A stretch of DNA of 64,000 bases from Rhizophagus irregularis (lineage: Eukaryota), in assembly GCF_026210795.1 (NCBI RefSeq), contig NC_089432.1, positions 4,154,001 through 4,218,000 on the forward strand, given 5' to 3'. A program made the position numbers and the translations under genes. Below, piece after piece: positions 39,450 through 52,600 of the stretch; position 1 is the first letter of the stretch, and each line of letters opens with the position of its first letter. The notes beneath the pieces are model-generated. The model had not been told where the DNA came from, did not search any database, and saw nothing but the letters and a program-made list of their open reading frames with translations.

Positions 39450-40530
39450 GTAGTACAAAATTAAAACTGTAAAAAAGTCAAGTCGGACTAGCTATAATGC
39501 ACTACATTAAACATTACAGCTTTCATCAGGGGCGTGTGAAATAAAAACTACGTAACAATGATTAATAATCGCTCGAATCCAACGTATTGTTCTTTCATTC
39601 TAAAAAAATAAAAAAAGGGAAATGAAATAAGGTTAGGATGCTATATGCACATACTGTCAAGTAGGGTTCTACAGTTATGATAGGTCCGATATTGTTTTTA
39701 TTTTGGTACGGAAATAATTGTCCGTGTGCTGAGGTGTGAGCGGAAACGTAATAGTTTCCGCTTGTGAACTAACAGTACTGTCACTTGTAATCAATCGTTG
39801 ATGTATAATTATCGGAATGTGGAGTTCTTTTGAAGGAACAAATCCGGTTGTGAAAGTAATTTGCCGTCTTATTCTGAAATATCAAAGAAAGTATCGTCTT
39901 GGAAGAAGTACTGTAACACCTTCGATGATCGCCGCAGTGATCGCCATGTGAGATATCTGTACCAAGCGGCGCGCTCATAAAAATCGGGTAAGCTGCTACA
40001 ATCGTGGCGTTTCTTTATTTTGGGTTGAACTCCTCTAGTACTGAGAGGAAGTGTAGGTCGTCTTGCCCTTCTATGCTTGGTATACTGTAACACATGATCC
40101 CTACGTGAATTCTTTTCTTTGTTTCTGATCGACCTCTTGCACAATGAATCGAATCGTCTAGACTTCCATGAGAACTATTCCTCATTGGTACATTGCGATC
40201 TACATTTTTTCCATTTTTGTTTGAAAGCGCGTGATGTCCGCGATGCATCTGAAGATATTATTATTTTTTATAGATTTTGTTACTTTGATTAGTATTTCTT
40301 GTTTCAAAATCAGACTTTATTTGCTGAATTCCATAACGCTTCAATTTCTCTTTTATATTTCCTTATTTCTTGGTCATATTTGTTTTCAAAACTTGCTTTT
40401 GTTCTTCTGGCTTTTTTTTTGTTTCGTCTCATCTATCTAGTCCCGTTTCTCCTATTTGTTTTGGTCTTTTATAGACTTTTCGCCGAATTTTTCTAACTGG
40501 GAAACCTTTTTTTGATATCGTTATACCCAT
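39450..40530 (-). mobile_element. Degenerate coding remnant, probably a retroelement ORF1-like relic
   Basis: GC-richer, K/R/E-rich broken minus-strand frames (39781-40530) followed by a T-rich 3' region; no diagnostic domain recognised. Confidence 0.3.
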
Positions 40531-40656
40531 TTTATCGTATAAAAAGTTTTTTTTTAAAGTAAAACATTACTCCTTTGCTCTCATATTTAATTAAACAGAT
40601 AAGGAAGTACTATAAGGTTTCAATTATCGTTAAAATTGATAAACAATTTATTGAGA

Positions 40657-43600
40657 ATGTCAAAAGAAACGAAAGAGACTGACCCCAAAGAACCAAATTA
40701 TTATAATAAGTGGTTAGAAAAATCAATTGCAAATGAATATCTCAATTATTATGAATATTCTGAATTTAAAAATTTAGAATCTATAGGAAATGGTTCACAT
40801 GGAAATGTCGTTCGTGCTAATTGGAAAAATGCTGGAAATTTTTTTGCTTTAAAAACTTTTAAATATTATGACAATATAATGTTAAAAGAACTCGTTAATG
40901 AGGTAATTAATCTCAATTAACTTTATTATAAATTTCAAATATTAAAATTAAAATATTGTTTTCTTTTCCAGATAAAATTACAAAAAAGAGTTGATTATCA
41001 TGAAAATATTATACGGTTTTACGGCATCACGAAAGTGGAAACTGGTAAATTTCAAGTTCTAGCATGTGTTACATTAATAATTTGGTTTAAAATACTCTCT
41101 TTTTTATCCAGAAAAATATTCGTTAGTCTTGGAATATGCCGACAATGGTACACTAAAAACTTATTTAAATAAGCATTGTAATGAACTTAATTGGATTGAT
41201 AAATATCAGTTGGCATTTCAACTAGCCAATGCGGTAGAATGTTTACATGATTGTAATATAATTCATCGTGATCTGGTAATAATGAATTAATTTTGTAATT
41301 TGATAATAGATTAATTTATTATATTCGTTTTAATAAACTCCATTTATTATTATAGCACGGAGATAATATACTAGTACATCAGCAAAAGATAAAGTTAACA
41401 GACTTCGGTTTATCAAAAAAAATTTCTGAAGCATCAAGCAATACATCAAAAATACTTGGCGTAATACCTTTTATTGATCCAAAAAAGTTATATGAACAAG
41501 GTTACAAATTAAACAAGAAATCTGATGTATACAGCATCGGAGTTTTGATGTGGCAAATTTCAAGTGGCCGTCAACCATTTTCTGATTATGATTATGACGT
41601 AAGTTTGTCCTTGTCCATAGTAAATGGAAAACGAGAAAAAACTATTGATAATACTCCTATAGAATATAGTAATTTGTATACAGGTAATTAATATTCTTAA
41701 TATTTTAATTTTATTAATTCATTGATCGAAAGTTTAGTAATGTAATTTTTTTAACTAGAATGTTGGAAAGATGATCCGGATGAACGTCCAAATATACAGA
41801 ATGTCGTTTCTATCCTTTATGAAATAATATTTCCCAAACAAGAAGGTATAACTAATACTGTTAATGTTAATAAAGGAAAAGAAAATAATCAACTGGAAAA
41901 ATGTGAAACGACTTCTAAATCAATCAAAACCGTGGATTTAAATAATGAATTGATATCATATACTGGATTAAATATAAGTTGTGAAAATAATTTATCAAGT
42001 ACATCAATTCAAACAAATATGTCAAAAATTTCATACGGGTCAACATTTGATAAAACTAATAATATAATTGTTCAAAAGTTAATTAAGGTTATAAATAGGA
42101 AACATGATAAGGAAAGTATTAATTTTCAAGATTTTCAACGATTTATCAATCAGCAAATTTTAGAATTGAATCAAAGTTCAGATAATCTCGTTAAATGGCT
42201 AACTAAACAAGTAAATCCACAATATATTTATTTACTTGGACTACTTTATTATTATAATATTGGTACAGAGGAAAATAGTACAAAAGCATTCAAATTATTC
42301 TTAAAAGCATCTGAAGACAATTATTTGACTGCACAAGTCTATCTTGGAAAATGTTATTATGATGGATTTGGAATTGAGAGTAATAAAAACTTGACATTTA
42401 ATTGGTATCAAAAATCTGCAGAGAATGACAGTATTATTGGACAATTCTATTTAGGAAATTGTTATGAATTTGGCATTGGAACTGCAAAAGATATTATAAA
42501 ATCAGTACATTGGTATAAAAAAGCAGCTAAAAGCGGAAAAAAAGTGCAAAACTTTATCTTGCAAATTGTTTTAGGTTAGGAAAAGGAGTCGAAAAAGATG
42601 AAATTAAAGCATTTAAATATTATGAAATTTTGGCTAAACAAGAAATTTCAGATGCTCAATATCAACTGGGAAATTGTTATTATAATGGGATTGGAACGAG
42701 AATAGATAAAATACAAGCTAAATGTTGGTATGAAAAAGCAACAAAAAATGGAAATATTATTGCAAAAGATAATCTTTTAAAGTACTATAATAAAAGACAA
42801 AAGTTAAAAATAAGTAATATTAAAGAAATTAAATTTCAAAAAAAAACCAAGTTTTAAAGGTTTCAAGTACTTTATAACTAAATTTACAAAAAATAATCAA
42901 AATAATATTTTTAGCAAAGGTCAAATAGTGGCAGAAAATGAAAATGAAGGGTTACCATTTGATTTGATTAATCATTATAAAAAAAATAAATGTGTAAGAA
43001 GAGATGGGAGAAATGCTTTTGAATTCCATAAACTTTTAGCTGAACAAGGAAATATAAATGCAAAATTTCAACTTGGTTATTGTTATGATGAAGGAATTGG
43101 AATTGATATTAATAAAGTAAAAGCATTTGAATTATACAAAGTAGCAGCAGAAAAAGGAAATAGTGAAGCACAATATAATTTGAGTTTTTTGTATGAATTA
43201 GGAGAAGGAGTTGATAAAAATGAAGAAAAGGCATTTGAAATAATTAAAAAATTAGCAGAAAAAGGAGATTTAGATGCAAATTATAAGCTTGCTTACTACT
43301 ATAATAAAGGAATTGGAACTGAAATCAATAAATCAAAAGCATTTAAATTAATGAAAGATATAGCAGAAAAAGATTATATAGATGCTCAATATCAACTTGG
43401 ATGTTATTATGATAAAGGAATTGGAACTGAAATTAATAAATCAAAAGCATTTGAATTATATAAAAAGTTAGCTAAAAAAGGATGCAATAAAGCACAATTT
43501 AATTTGAGTTTTTTCTATGAATTAGGAGGAGTTGATAAAAATGAAGAAAAGGCATTTGAAATAATTAAAAAATTAGCAGAAAAAGGAGATTTAGATGCAA

Positions 43601-46203
43601 ATTATAAGCTTGCTTACTACTATAATAAAGGAATTGGAACTGAAATCAATAAATCAAAAGCATTTAAATTAATGAAAGATTTAGCAGAAAAAGATTATAT
43701 AGATGCTCAATACAAACTTGCTTATTACTACAGTGAAGGAATTGGAATTGAAATCAATAAATCAAAAGCATTTGAATTAATGAAAGATTTAGCAGAAAAA
43801 GATTATGTAAATGCTCAATATATACTTGGATATTATTATGAAGAAGGAATTGGAATTGAAATCAATAAATCAAAAGCATTTGAATTATATAAAAAGTTAG
43901 CTGAAAAAGGATGCAATAAAGCGCAATTTAATTTGAGTTTTTTGTATGAATTAGGAGAAGGAGTTGATAAAAATGAAGAAAAGGCATTTGAAATAATTAA
44001 AAAATTAGCAGAAAAAGGAGATTTAGATGCAAATTATAAGCTTGCTTACTACTATAATAAAGGAATTGGAACTGAAATCAATAAATCAAAAGCATTTAAA
44101 TTAATGAAAGATTTAGCAGAAAAAGATTATGTAGATGCTCAATACAAACTTGCTTATTACTACAGTGAAGGAATTGGAATTGAAATCAATAAATCAAAAG
44201 CATTTGAATTAATGAAAGATTTAGCAGAAAAAGATTATGTAAATGCTCAATATATACTTGGATATTATTATGAAAAAGGAATTGGAACTGAAATCAATAA
44301 ATCAAAAGCATTTAAATTAATGAAAGATTTAGCAGAAAAAGATAATGTAGATGCTCAATACAAACTTGCTTATTACTACAGTGAAGGAATTGGAACTGAA
44401 ATTAATAAATCAAAGGCATTTGAATTATATAATATAGCTGCTAAAAAAGGAGTTACTATTGCACAATTTGATTTAGCTATATTATATCAATATGGAGAGG
44501 GAGTTATCAAAGATGATAAAAAAGCATTTGAATTAATGAAAGATTTAGCAGAAAAAGATTATGTAGATGCTCAATACAAACTTGCTTATTACTACCGTAA
44601 AGGAATTGGAACTGAAATCAATAAATCAAAAGCATTTGAATTAATGAAAGATTTAGCAGAAAAAGATAATGTAGATGCTCAATTTCAACTTGCTTATTAC
44701 TACAATGAAGGAATTGGAACTGAAATTAATAAATCAAGAGCATTTGAATTATATAATGTAGCTGCTAAAAAAGGAGTTACTATTGCACAATTTGATTCAG
44801 ATATATTATATCAATATGGAAAGGGAGTTAATAAAGGTGATAAAAAAGCATTTGAGTTAATAAAAGATTTAGCAGAAAAAGACGATGTAGATGCTCAATT
44901 TCAACTTGCTTATTACTACAGTGAAGTAATTGGAACTGAAATCAATAAATCAAAAGCATTTAAATTAATGAAAGATTTAGCAGAAAAAGATTATGTAAAT
45001 GCTCAATATATACTTGGATATTATTATGAAAAAGGAATTGGAACTGAAATCAATAAATCAAAAGCATTTAAATTAATGAAAGATTTAGCAGAAAAAGATT
45101 ATGTAGATGCTCAATTTGAACTTGGATGTTATTATGAAGAAGGAATTGGCACTGAAATCAATAAATCAAAAGCATTTAAATTAATGAAAGATTTAGCAGA
45201 AAAAGATTATGTAGATGCTCAATTTGAACTTGGATGTTATTATGAAGAAGGAATTGGCACTGAAATCAATAAATCAAAAGCATTTAAATTAATGAAAGAT
45301 TTAGCTGAAAAAGATAATGTAGATGCTCAATATAAACTTGGATGTTATTATGAAGAAGGAATTGGCACTGAAATCAATAAATCAAAAGCATTTAAATTAA
45401 TGAAAGATTTAGCAGAAAAAGATAATGTAGATGCTCAATATAAACTTGGATGTTATTTTGAAGAAGGAATTGGAACTGAAAAAGATTTTAAAAAATCCTT
45501 TTACTGGTACCAAAAAGCAGCAGAAAATGGTGATGAAGTTGCACAGTATAATTTAGGAGAATGTTATGAATTAGGGATTGGTGTAAATAAAGATGAAATT
45601 AAAGCATTTGAATTTTATGAGAAATCGGCCGAAAATGGAGACATTAGTGCAAAATTTCAACTTGGATATTGTTATATAAATGGTATTGGAACTGAAATTA
45701 ATAAAGAAAAAGGATTTGAATTATATAATGAGGCAGCTGGCACTAATATCCGAATTAACCTCATTGAAAGTGATGAAGAAATAGTAAATGATTTAGACAA
45801 GGTTAATTATTGGTATCATAAAGCCGCCGAAAATGATAATAAACTTGCATTATATAAACTAGGTGAATTTTATGAATTAGATAAAGGTGTTGATAAAAAT
45901 GAAAGACGTGCATTTGAATTCTATATGAAATCAGCTGATCAAGAATATATAGATGCTCAATATAAAGTTGGGTATATTTACAATTATGGAACTCAGATTG
46001 ATATTGATAAAGAAAAGGCATTTAATTACTTTAAGATGGCTGCAAAGGGAGGAAATGTTGATGCACAATATAGCCTAGCATCTTTATACGAACGAGGAGA
46101 AGGAGCCGAAAAAAATATTGAGAATGCTATTTATTGGTACAAAAAAGCTGCAGAAAATGGATGCCTAGAGGCTGAAAAAGGTTTAAATTTATTATCAAAA
46201 TAG
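40657..46203 (+). CDS. TKL-type kinase with a very long Sel1-repeat array (more than 30 repeats); two single-base frameshifts in A-runs
   Basis: Exons carry [36 protein letters not shown] and KSDVYSIG; ORFs 41932-42579, 42630-42857 and 42928-46203 join if the A-runs near 42540 and 42843 are corrected. Confidence 0.8.
43050..45500 (+). repeat. Near-identical 108-bp Sel1 coding repeats with higher-order duplications
   Basis: Recurrent ggaattggaactgaaatcaataaatcaaaagcatttaaattaatgaaagatttagcagaaaaagat; I count 28 repeats in the 1091-aa ORF. Confidence 0.95.
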
Positions 46204-48270
46204 ATAACATAAATTCTAAAAATTTTATCTTAGAATCTCGATTAGATTGATTTATTAAAGCAAATGCAATTAAAAAGATTAATTTCACTCTAACTTAAAT
46301 AGGGCGCAGAAATATATATATTAGGGTCAGGCGGCGAAAAATTTTTTTACTATGAGCTTTACGCAGTGACTTTCTATATGAGTAGTACGCATAATTGACA
46401 CCTGGATATTGAAAATCCTGCAAAAATGCGTAAATAAAATTTCAGACATTGGAGTTCGAATAAGAATTTTCACATATTAGCTAATTAGTTAATATTCATA
46501 TAAATAATTACCCATTTACTGGTTGATATTTTTTTCCTAAATTTATCATTTATATAGGTGATTTTTAAAGGGAGTTAGATTAAATTTTAGCGAAAATAGT
46601 GTACAAAGCAAAACAATTATAAAGAAGCTATATTATTCTTAAAGATTATCATGCCGGAGGGATTAAATAAAAAGAAAATATGTAATCCATACTACTTCGT
46701 ATCTTGAATTCTTCTTTATCATTTAACCTCTTGTCTTTTATTTCATCAAAATCAAGGTCATCATCCTTTTTTTTAAAAAAAAAATTTGCATTGAATTTCT
46801 TTATTAAATATTACCGATGGTACATATATTAATATTGAAATACCCAGAGGCAGTGATTAATCACATGACCCTATAGCAAACCAAAAGAGTGTGAATATAT
46901 ATACCTAAGCGTGCAAAATTAATCCCTCAACAATACTGATAAGAGAAAACTCTTTTAGTAATAAAAAAAAATAAATAAAATAAAATAAATAAATAAAACA
47001 CTGATAAGAGAAAATGTACGAAAAATGCTATAAATACAACTATAACCCCACAATGAAATCAGACTTATTCTAACTAGCTAACAGACCTAACATAAACAAA
47101 ACCTAATAATTGACTGGAATGTGTTATATTACCGGATAATAAAAAAAAAATTTTATCTCATGCCCAGGATCTATATCCCGCCGCTTTCCAACATCCATTA
47201 CACATAACCCTATTTTACCTACAAAACAAAAGCATTAGTATGTATTCCCGAGAAACTAAATCAAATCCAAACTCCTATTTTGAACAACGAAGCTAAAGCA
47301 AATCGACTATAATAAGTACGGTTGGTCTGGAGGAGTCGTCCAATCTAGAATCCCAAGAACCCATTCCAATATGTCCAAAATTTTATTTCCAAATTTTTGT
47401 CTCCCTTTGTAATTTTTGTAATTTGTTATCGGTAACAATTTTTTACGTGAAATCACGTGACTTAGATTGAGAGCAATATTCTCTCAGATCTCTGTCATCC
47501 CTCATTCTTCATCGCTTTTCTTCTGAGCCTTCCCTGCTCTAGCCTCATCAATCAATTTCAATAGTTTTTGCCTCGAGCTTTCTGACGGAGTCAAGGGATT
47601 CTCCGCATCCTTTGGCCTTTTTTCTCCTATCCCCTCTTCGTCTGTAAATCGATTTTCGTCCCTTAGTCGTTTTGTGAAATCCTTGTTTAGCGTTGTGTAT
47701 TGTTGCAAAATTTCACTTTGTTCCGCTAAACTGATGATTTTACGACCTAGCATCATGAAATTGTTCGTTTTCAACCCCATTTTTTTATCTATTCCATATT
47801 CGCAAGTCCATGTTCCTTTCCCAGTGTAGTTAACGCCTCCGCTCCCACTCGATTTTGTTAGAAGTTGTTGTAAAATCTCAGTCAGTTCCTTTAACTTTCC
47901 CTAATTTTCTTAACTTCTGCTCCTTCAGAATACCGTCGGTCTTTTTGTATCGATCGTACTTGATTTTTTCGTCCGCGCGATACTTCTTTATGACCTCGAC
48001 GACTTCTTCCGGCGCGGCATTGTCCCGTTTCAAAGGTTTATTGTCTGAGATTTCAGCCTTTTAACTTCTGTATCTTCGATCATCGAATCCAGGTCCGGTT
48101 CGTTCCTTACACGCCATTTATTAATCATGTCCATTATTACCTCTTCGGTTATTGGTGTACTTTACTGTCGGTTTTGGTTTCTACTGGCCGCGATTTTTTC
48201 GAGCTCCACATATATTCTAGTTGAAGGCGTCGATGGAGTAGAATATTCCACCGCAAGGTTGAACCGATGA

Positions 48271-49677
48271 TTTTTTTTTTTTTTTTTTAAACCTGTAATG
48301 CATCTTTATTAACATAGGGATTTGCCCATTCGTTTTTCAGATACCTGGAACCGCACGTGCCGAACACGATACGACTCCATAACATCTAGTCTAATGCATA
48401 ACAACAAATAACATAAATAATAAAATAAAAGTAAAAAAAAAAACAAACCCTTTCCTAACTATAAACTAAACTAAAACCAAACAGTATATGATGGATCTAA
48501 CTAAAAACACAAAAGCATTTTTGTAGGGAAAAACGAGTGAAAATTTGTAATAAGACTGAAACCTAAGGCTATTAAAACAGATGGATCCCAATAGATCCAC
48601 GTCCAGTAGACAATATTCCAACTTTTTCCCCTCATCCCTACGGTGCAGAACCTCTATAATAGGAACTTAAAAAAATTTAAATAAAATTTGATTCTATGAT
48701 TGAATTTTAATTTTATAAAAAGAATTAAACTCTATTTGTTAAAAGGAATCGATTTAAAAAATAAAAAAAAAGTCTCAATTTTTTAGATTATGTAAGCATC
48801 ACGTGATACATATATTAGCCAATCAGAAATTAGGATTTTATTAATTATATGATATAAAAATTTATATAATATATTTGTTTATTGTATTTCATTATAAACT
48901 GATGATTGATGAATCAGGTACATGATAATGAGATTTATATTTTATTATATGCATTTTTTGATTAAATTAAAGTAAAATTACTTAATTTTTGAATTCTTTT
49001 GTTTATAAATTTATCTGAACTGTCTTTTAAATATCATTATTTATAACATTAAATTATACTTAAATAATTTTGTTTATTAATTTTTTTTTGCAATATTAGA
49101 ACTTTTTTTTCTTCTTAGCATATTGAAAAAAAAATCTGAAGTAAAATAATAATTAATATTACATTAAATGTGGCTAAAAAAGATCTGTAATGCAAAAATT
49201 AGACTAGTCTCAATTTTAACTAAATTTTGTCAGTATATTTAAATTACAGATTTTTAAACAGCTAAAACTTAGCCAAAATTTAATTTAGAAAAAAAATAAC
49301 TGATAATTTTTAAAGCTAATGATCATATCTATAAAAATTATCGGTTAAATTTTTTACTTTAATATAAAAAATTTTTTTTTTAGAAATTTATAATCAATCA
49401 ATTGTTACTATACATAAGTAGTTGAGTATAGAGGTTCTGCACTATATTACATTTGTATCTTATTTTTCTATCGGAAAAAATTTTATAACGTAAAATCACG
49501 TGACTTCGATTAACAAATGTAAAATTATCCTATTCGTCCTCATTCGTCTTCTTAGTCTTGTTCCTTCTTCTTCTTCTTTTTCTGATCCTTCTTCGTGTCC
49601 TTTGGTTTTGAAATTGTGACTCCTGGAGATTCCAATTTAGGCCTTTTCTCTCCAGTTTTTCTTTCATCGGTTAAATA
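48271..49677 (-). mobile_element. 5'-truncated poly(A) retro-insertion with TSD
   Basis: T18 at 48271-88 with AATAAA just upstream on the minus strand; direct repeat GTTGAACCGATGA(TTT) at 48258-70 and 49678-90. Confidence 0.8.
48641..49444. mobile_element. Tc1/mariner-type MITE nested in the retro-insertion
   Basis: TIR core GTGCAGAACCTCTATA / TATAGAGGTTCTGCAC; TA at 48639-40 and 49445-46. Confidence 0.82.
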
Positions 49678-52600
49678 GTTGAACCGATGATTTAGCAGGC
49701 ATATCTTCTTCTTTTCTATCCCCGGTCGTCGCTTTATTTCTGTATATCGTCTAATTCGTCTTGTCCTCTTTTTAATGAAGCCTCTACCACCGTTTTCATT
49801 ACATTCGTGTCGACAAAATACACTATTATCTTCCAACTTTCGTTATTTGACGATTTTGTGAAGGCGATTATTGGATTTTTTGATGAACTCGTATTCGTTA
49901 TCCTTTGCTTCCTTCATTTCTTCGTCTGTTAAGTCTAACCAGCTTCCATTTGTCGCGTTCTTGCCAAGCTTTGAGTCCTGCTGCGGCGTCGTACTACCTT
50001 ATAAAACATTTGCTAATACCTATTCCAAAGGCGCCTCTCTGACGAGTTAATTCAAAATTTTCGTTCAAAAGAATTTGTGCCCTTACGGATTTATATTTGC
50101 ATTGTTGTTTTACTTGGATATGAAAGACTTTCCCTATCTTTGCTTGCCAAGTTGGCCACCCATATCTTCTTCCCTCCAGAAACGTGGTACGTCGTAGAAA
50201 AACAAGTCACGTGCTTTCTCCTTATCTTTTTCCCACTGATAATCTACTAAAACCGGAATATTCATGATCGGTCCCTTCTTGCTTTTTTTTGGAGGATCGC
50301 AGTCTATTTTCTGATTTTTTATACGTTCTTTTTTAATGTTATCCATGCCTAACTCGCTTCGTTCGTCGAATTGTGTGATTTAAAGGTCACCATCCTTTAA
50401 AACTTTTTCCTGGCCATAATTTATTACTTAGTATGTGCCCGAGTTCTTTATTTCTAATTATGAAGGCTTTTTCATCAAATAATATAAATTTTATTAAATC
50501 ATCAGTCAACAAGAATTAAACTTTTCATAAATCATAACGTTATGTTGGCATCTAACAATTTAAAATTCTGTGGCACATGTTTAAACAAATTCTAGACTAT
50601 ATGTCTGATGTAGGTAATTTTTTAATCAAAATATAAATATATAATAAATACATATAAATATTTAAAGCAAATTAAAACCAATTTTACATTGCAAAGTTTT
50701 TATTAACATATGATGTTCAAGCACGTCTTACTACACAAAATTTTTCAATAATATCTTTTAATTTTTTTTTTTACGTCTCATCTTTTCATTTTCTTACCAA
50801 ACAAAACCTAAACCTTTAAATAAAAAATCATTTATTTTATTACTATTTGGCCCATCATTCGGTCCACATTTTAAAAACATTTCAAACTTATCAATTTGGA
50901 ATATGATTTATTTATATACAGTATATTCAAGAAATGGTTCTCCTTTTTAGGAAGCTCAATTTTATTTTTTTTTCACTATCGTCTTGTCATTTTCATTCTG
51001 GTAAATAAAATAAGAATTTCTTTCATAATTAAATTATTACTGTAACTATTAATTCAAATTTTATATTATTATTATTTGATTTAATTTTTATTTGGTTTTC
51101 CATTTGAATCCTTCCTATATCATTTTTTAATTCTATTTTTGAACCTAAAACTTTATTTATTATTTTCTTCTTAACTTTCTTTTCAACTTTTTTTAAGGAC
51201 TGATCAAACTTTACATAATCATCAATTTGTAAAATATTTTCGCTAAATGTAGCGTCAAGATTAAGGAATTGAAGAAAATGTTTTGTCCGGTTCGTTTCGT
51301 ATTACATTTACATTTAGTAGCGAATGTTACATAATCTTTTGGGGCTTATGATTGTCTCTATATTAGTAATTAGTAAATCATCTAACTTCAATAATTCATA
51401 TTTACCGATACCATACAACTCCTAAATTATAAATTTCAGCCTTTTATCATCTTCATTAAAGCCTATGACATCACCTATTATAATTTATAAATAATTTTTT
51501 TCATTATCGATAAATTTCAATAAATTTATTTTTTCTATTTCTTCAAAGTTTTTAATACTGATATAACTTACAAACGTCGAAATAAATAATGCGGAATGAA
51601 ACTTTACAAGAAATAATAAATGATTTAACACGTAACACTTACTTAATGATATTATTTTCTTGAGTAAAACAAAGATGTAATCTACTAGCTGTAAATTTAT
51701 TAAAGATATTGTGTTCATTTTCTTTACAAAATTATATAATTTCCTCTTTTTTGAATCTTTTTAATATAGTTTCTGATAGCATTTTTTCAAGATTACAAAC
51801 TAAAAAAAACATTACAACTGATTGTATTAATATATTTTATAACGATTTATGTTTGCGAAATAATTTATGTAAGAAACATTTTTGTCTCTAAGTGCTTCAA
51901 GATGGATAAGTTGAGCTTGAGGTGCGGGCTAAAATCTTTGGTTGGAAGCTTGACGAAGAATCGGATTACTATCTCCAATCTCGAACGGGTTTGCTTTCTG
52001 CATTGTTCAAACATTTCTCTCTCGATTGCGACGAGATTGGTGATGGTGCAGTATTGCAGTCGAAGTTTGTTGCTTATTTTTCCTTTTAATAAAAAATACA
52101 AATATCCAGTCAAGTTAGTTATATATATTCGTTTATTTATATGAAATCAGCTACAAAGCAATGCATCATAAACCATAGTAAACTATTGACAATACGGCAA
52201 GTAAAAAAGTATAGTGTAAAATAGGGAGCATAAAATGTTAAACCAAATAAAACTCCTGTCACTTCTGTTCCCTCCTTTTCTATCAACTGCGGTATCTGAA
52301 TTTTGGACATCTTTAGCCAAAGGCAGCTCGTTTTCTGTCTATGCTATAAGCAACTCGTATTCTGTCTTTCGACTGCGGTATCCGAGTTAGACCTGCGGTC
52401 TCCGAGCTCAAATCTGTCCAAGACAATTCATATTCTGCTGATAGGTCTGGCCGGTCACTTCTGTTTCAGTGGAGAAAGATCTTTGGTAACTATGCTGCTC
52501 CCCATTACACCTATGACTGACTATGAACCTCCAAAAGCCGCCTGCAGGAACGGTGGAGGCCCTTGTAATGATCATTAATTTTCTATTTGGTTTGATCATC

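Larger units (their letters stand above)
46950..50400 (-). mobile_element. Host non-LTR-like element (ORF1-like relic, 50400-49691 continuing at 48257-47500)
   Basis: Broken minus-strand ORF (DLFFYDVPRFW...KYKSVR...; ends TDEEGIGEKRPK...DEE*), then the AGTCACGTGATTT motif and a T-rich 3' region; outer ends approximate. Confidence 0.5.

Noticed and set aside
43050..45500. Possible CRISPR-like repeat/spacer array
   Set aside because: In-frame 108-bp protein-coding repeats in a eukaryotic gene; no unique spacers or cas genes.
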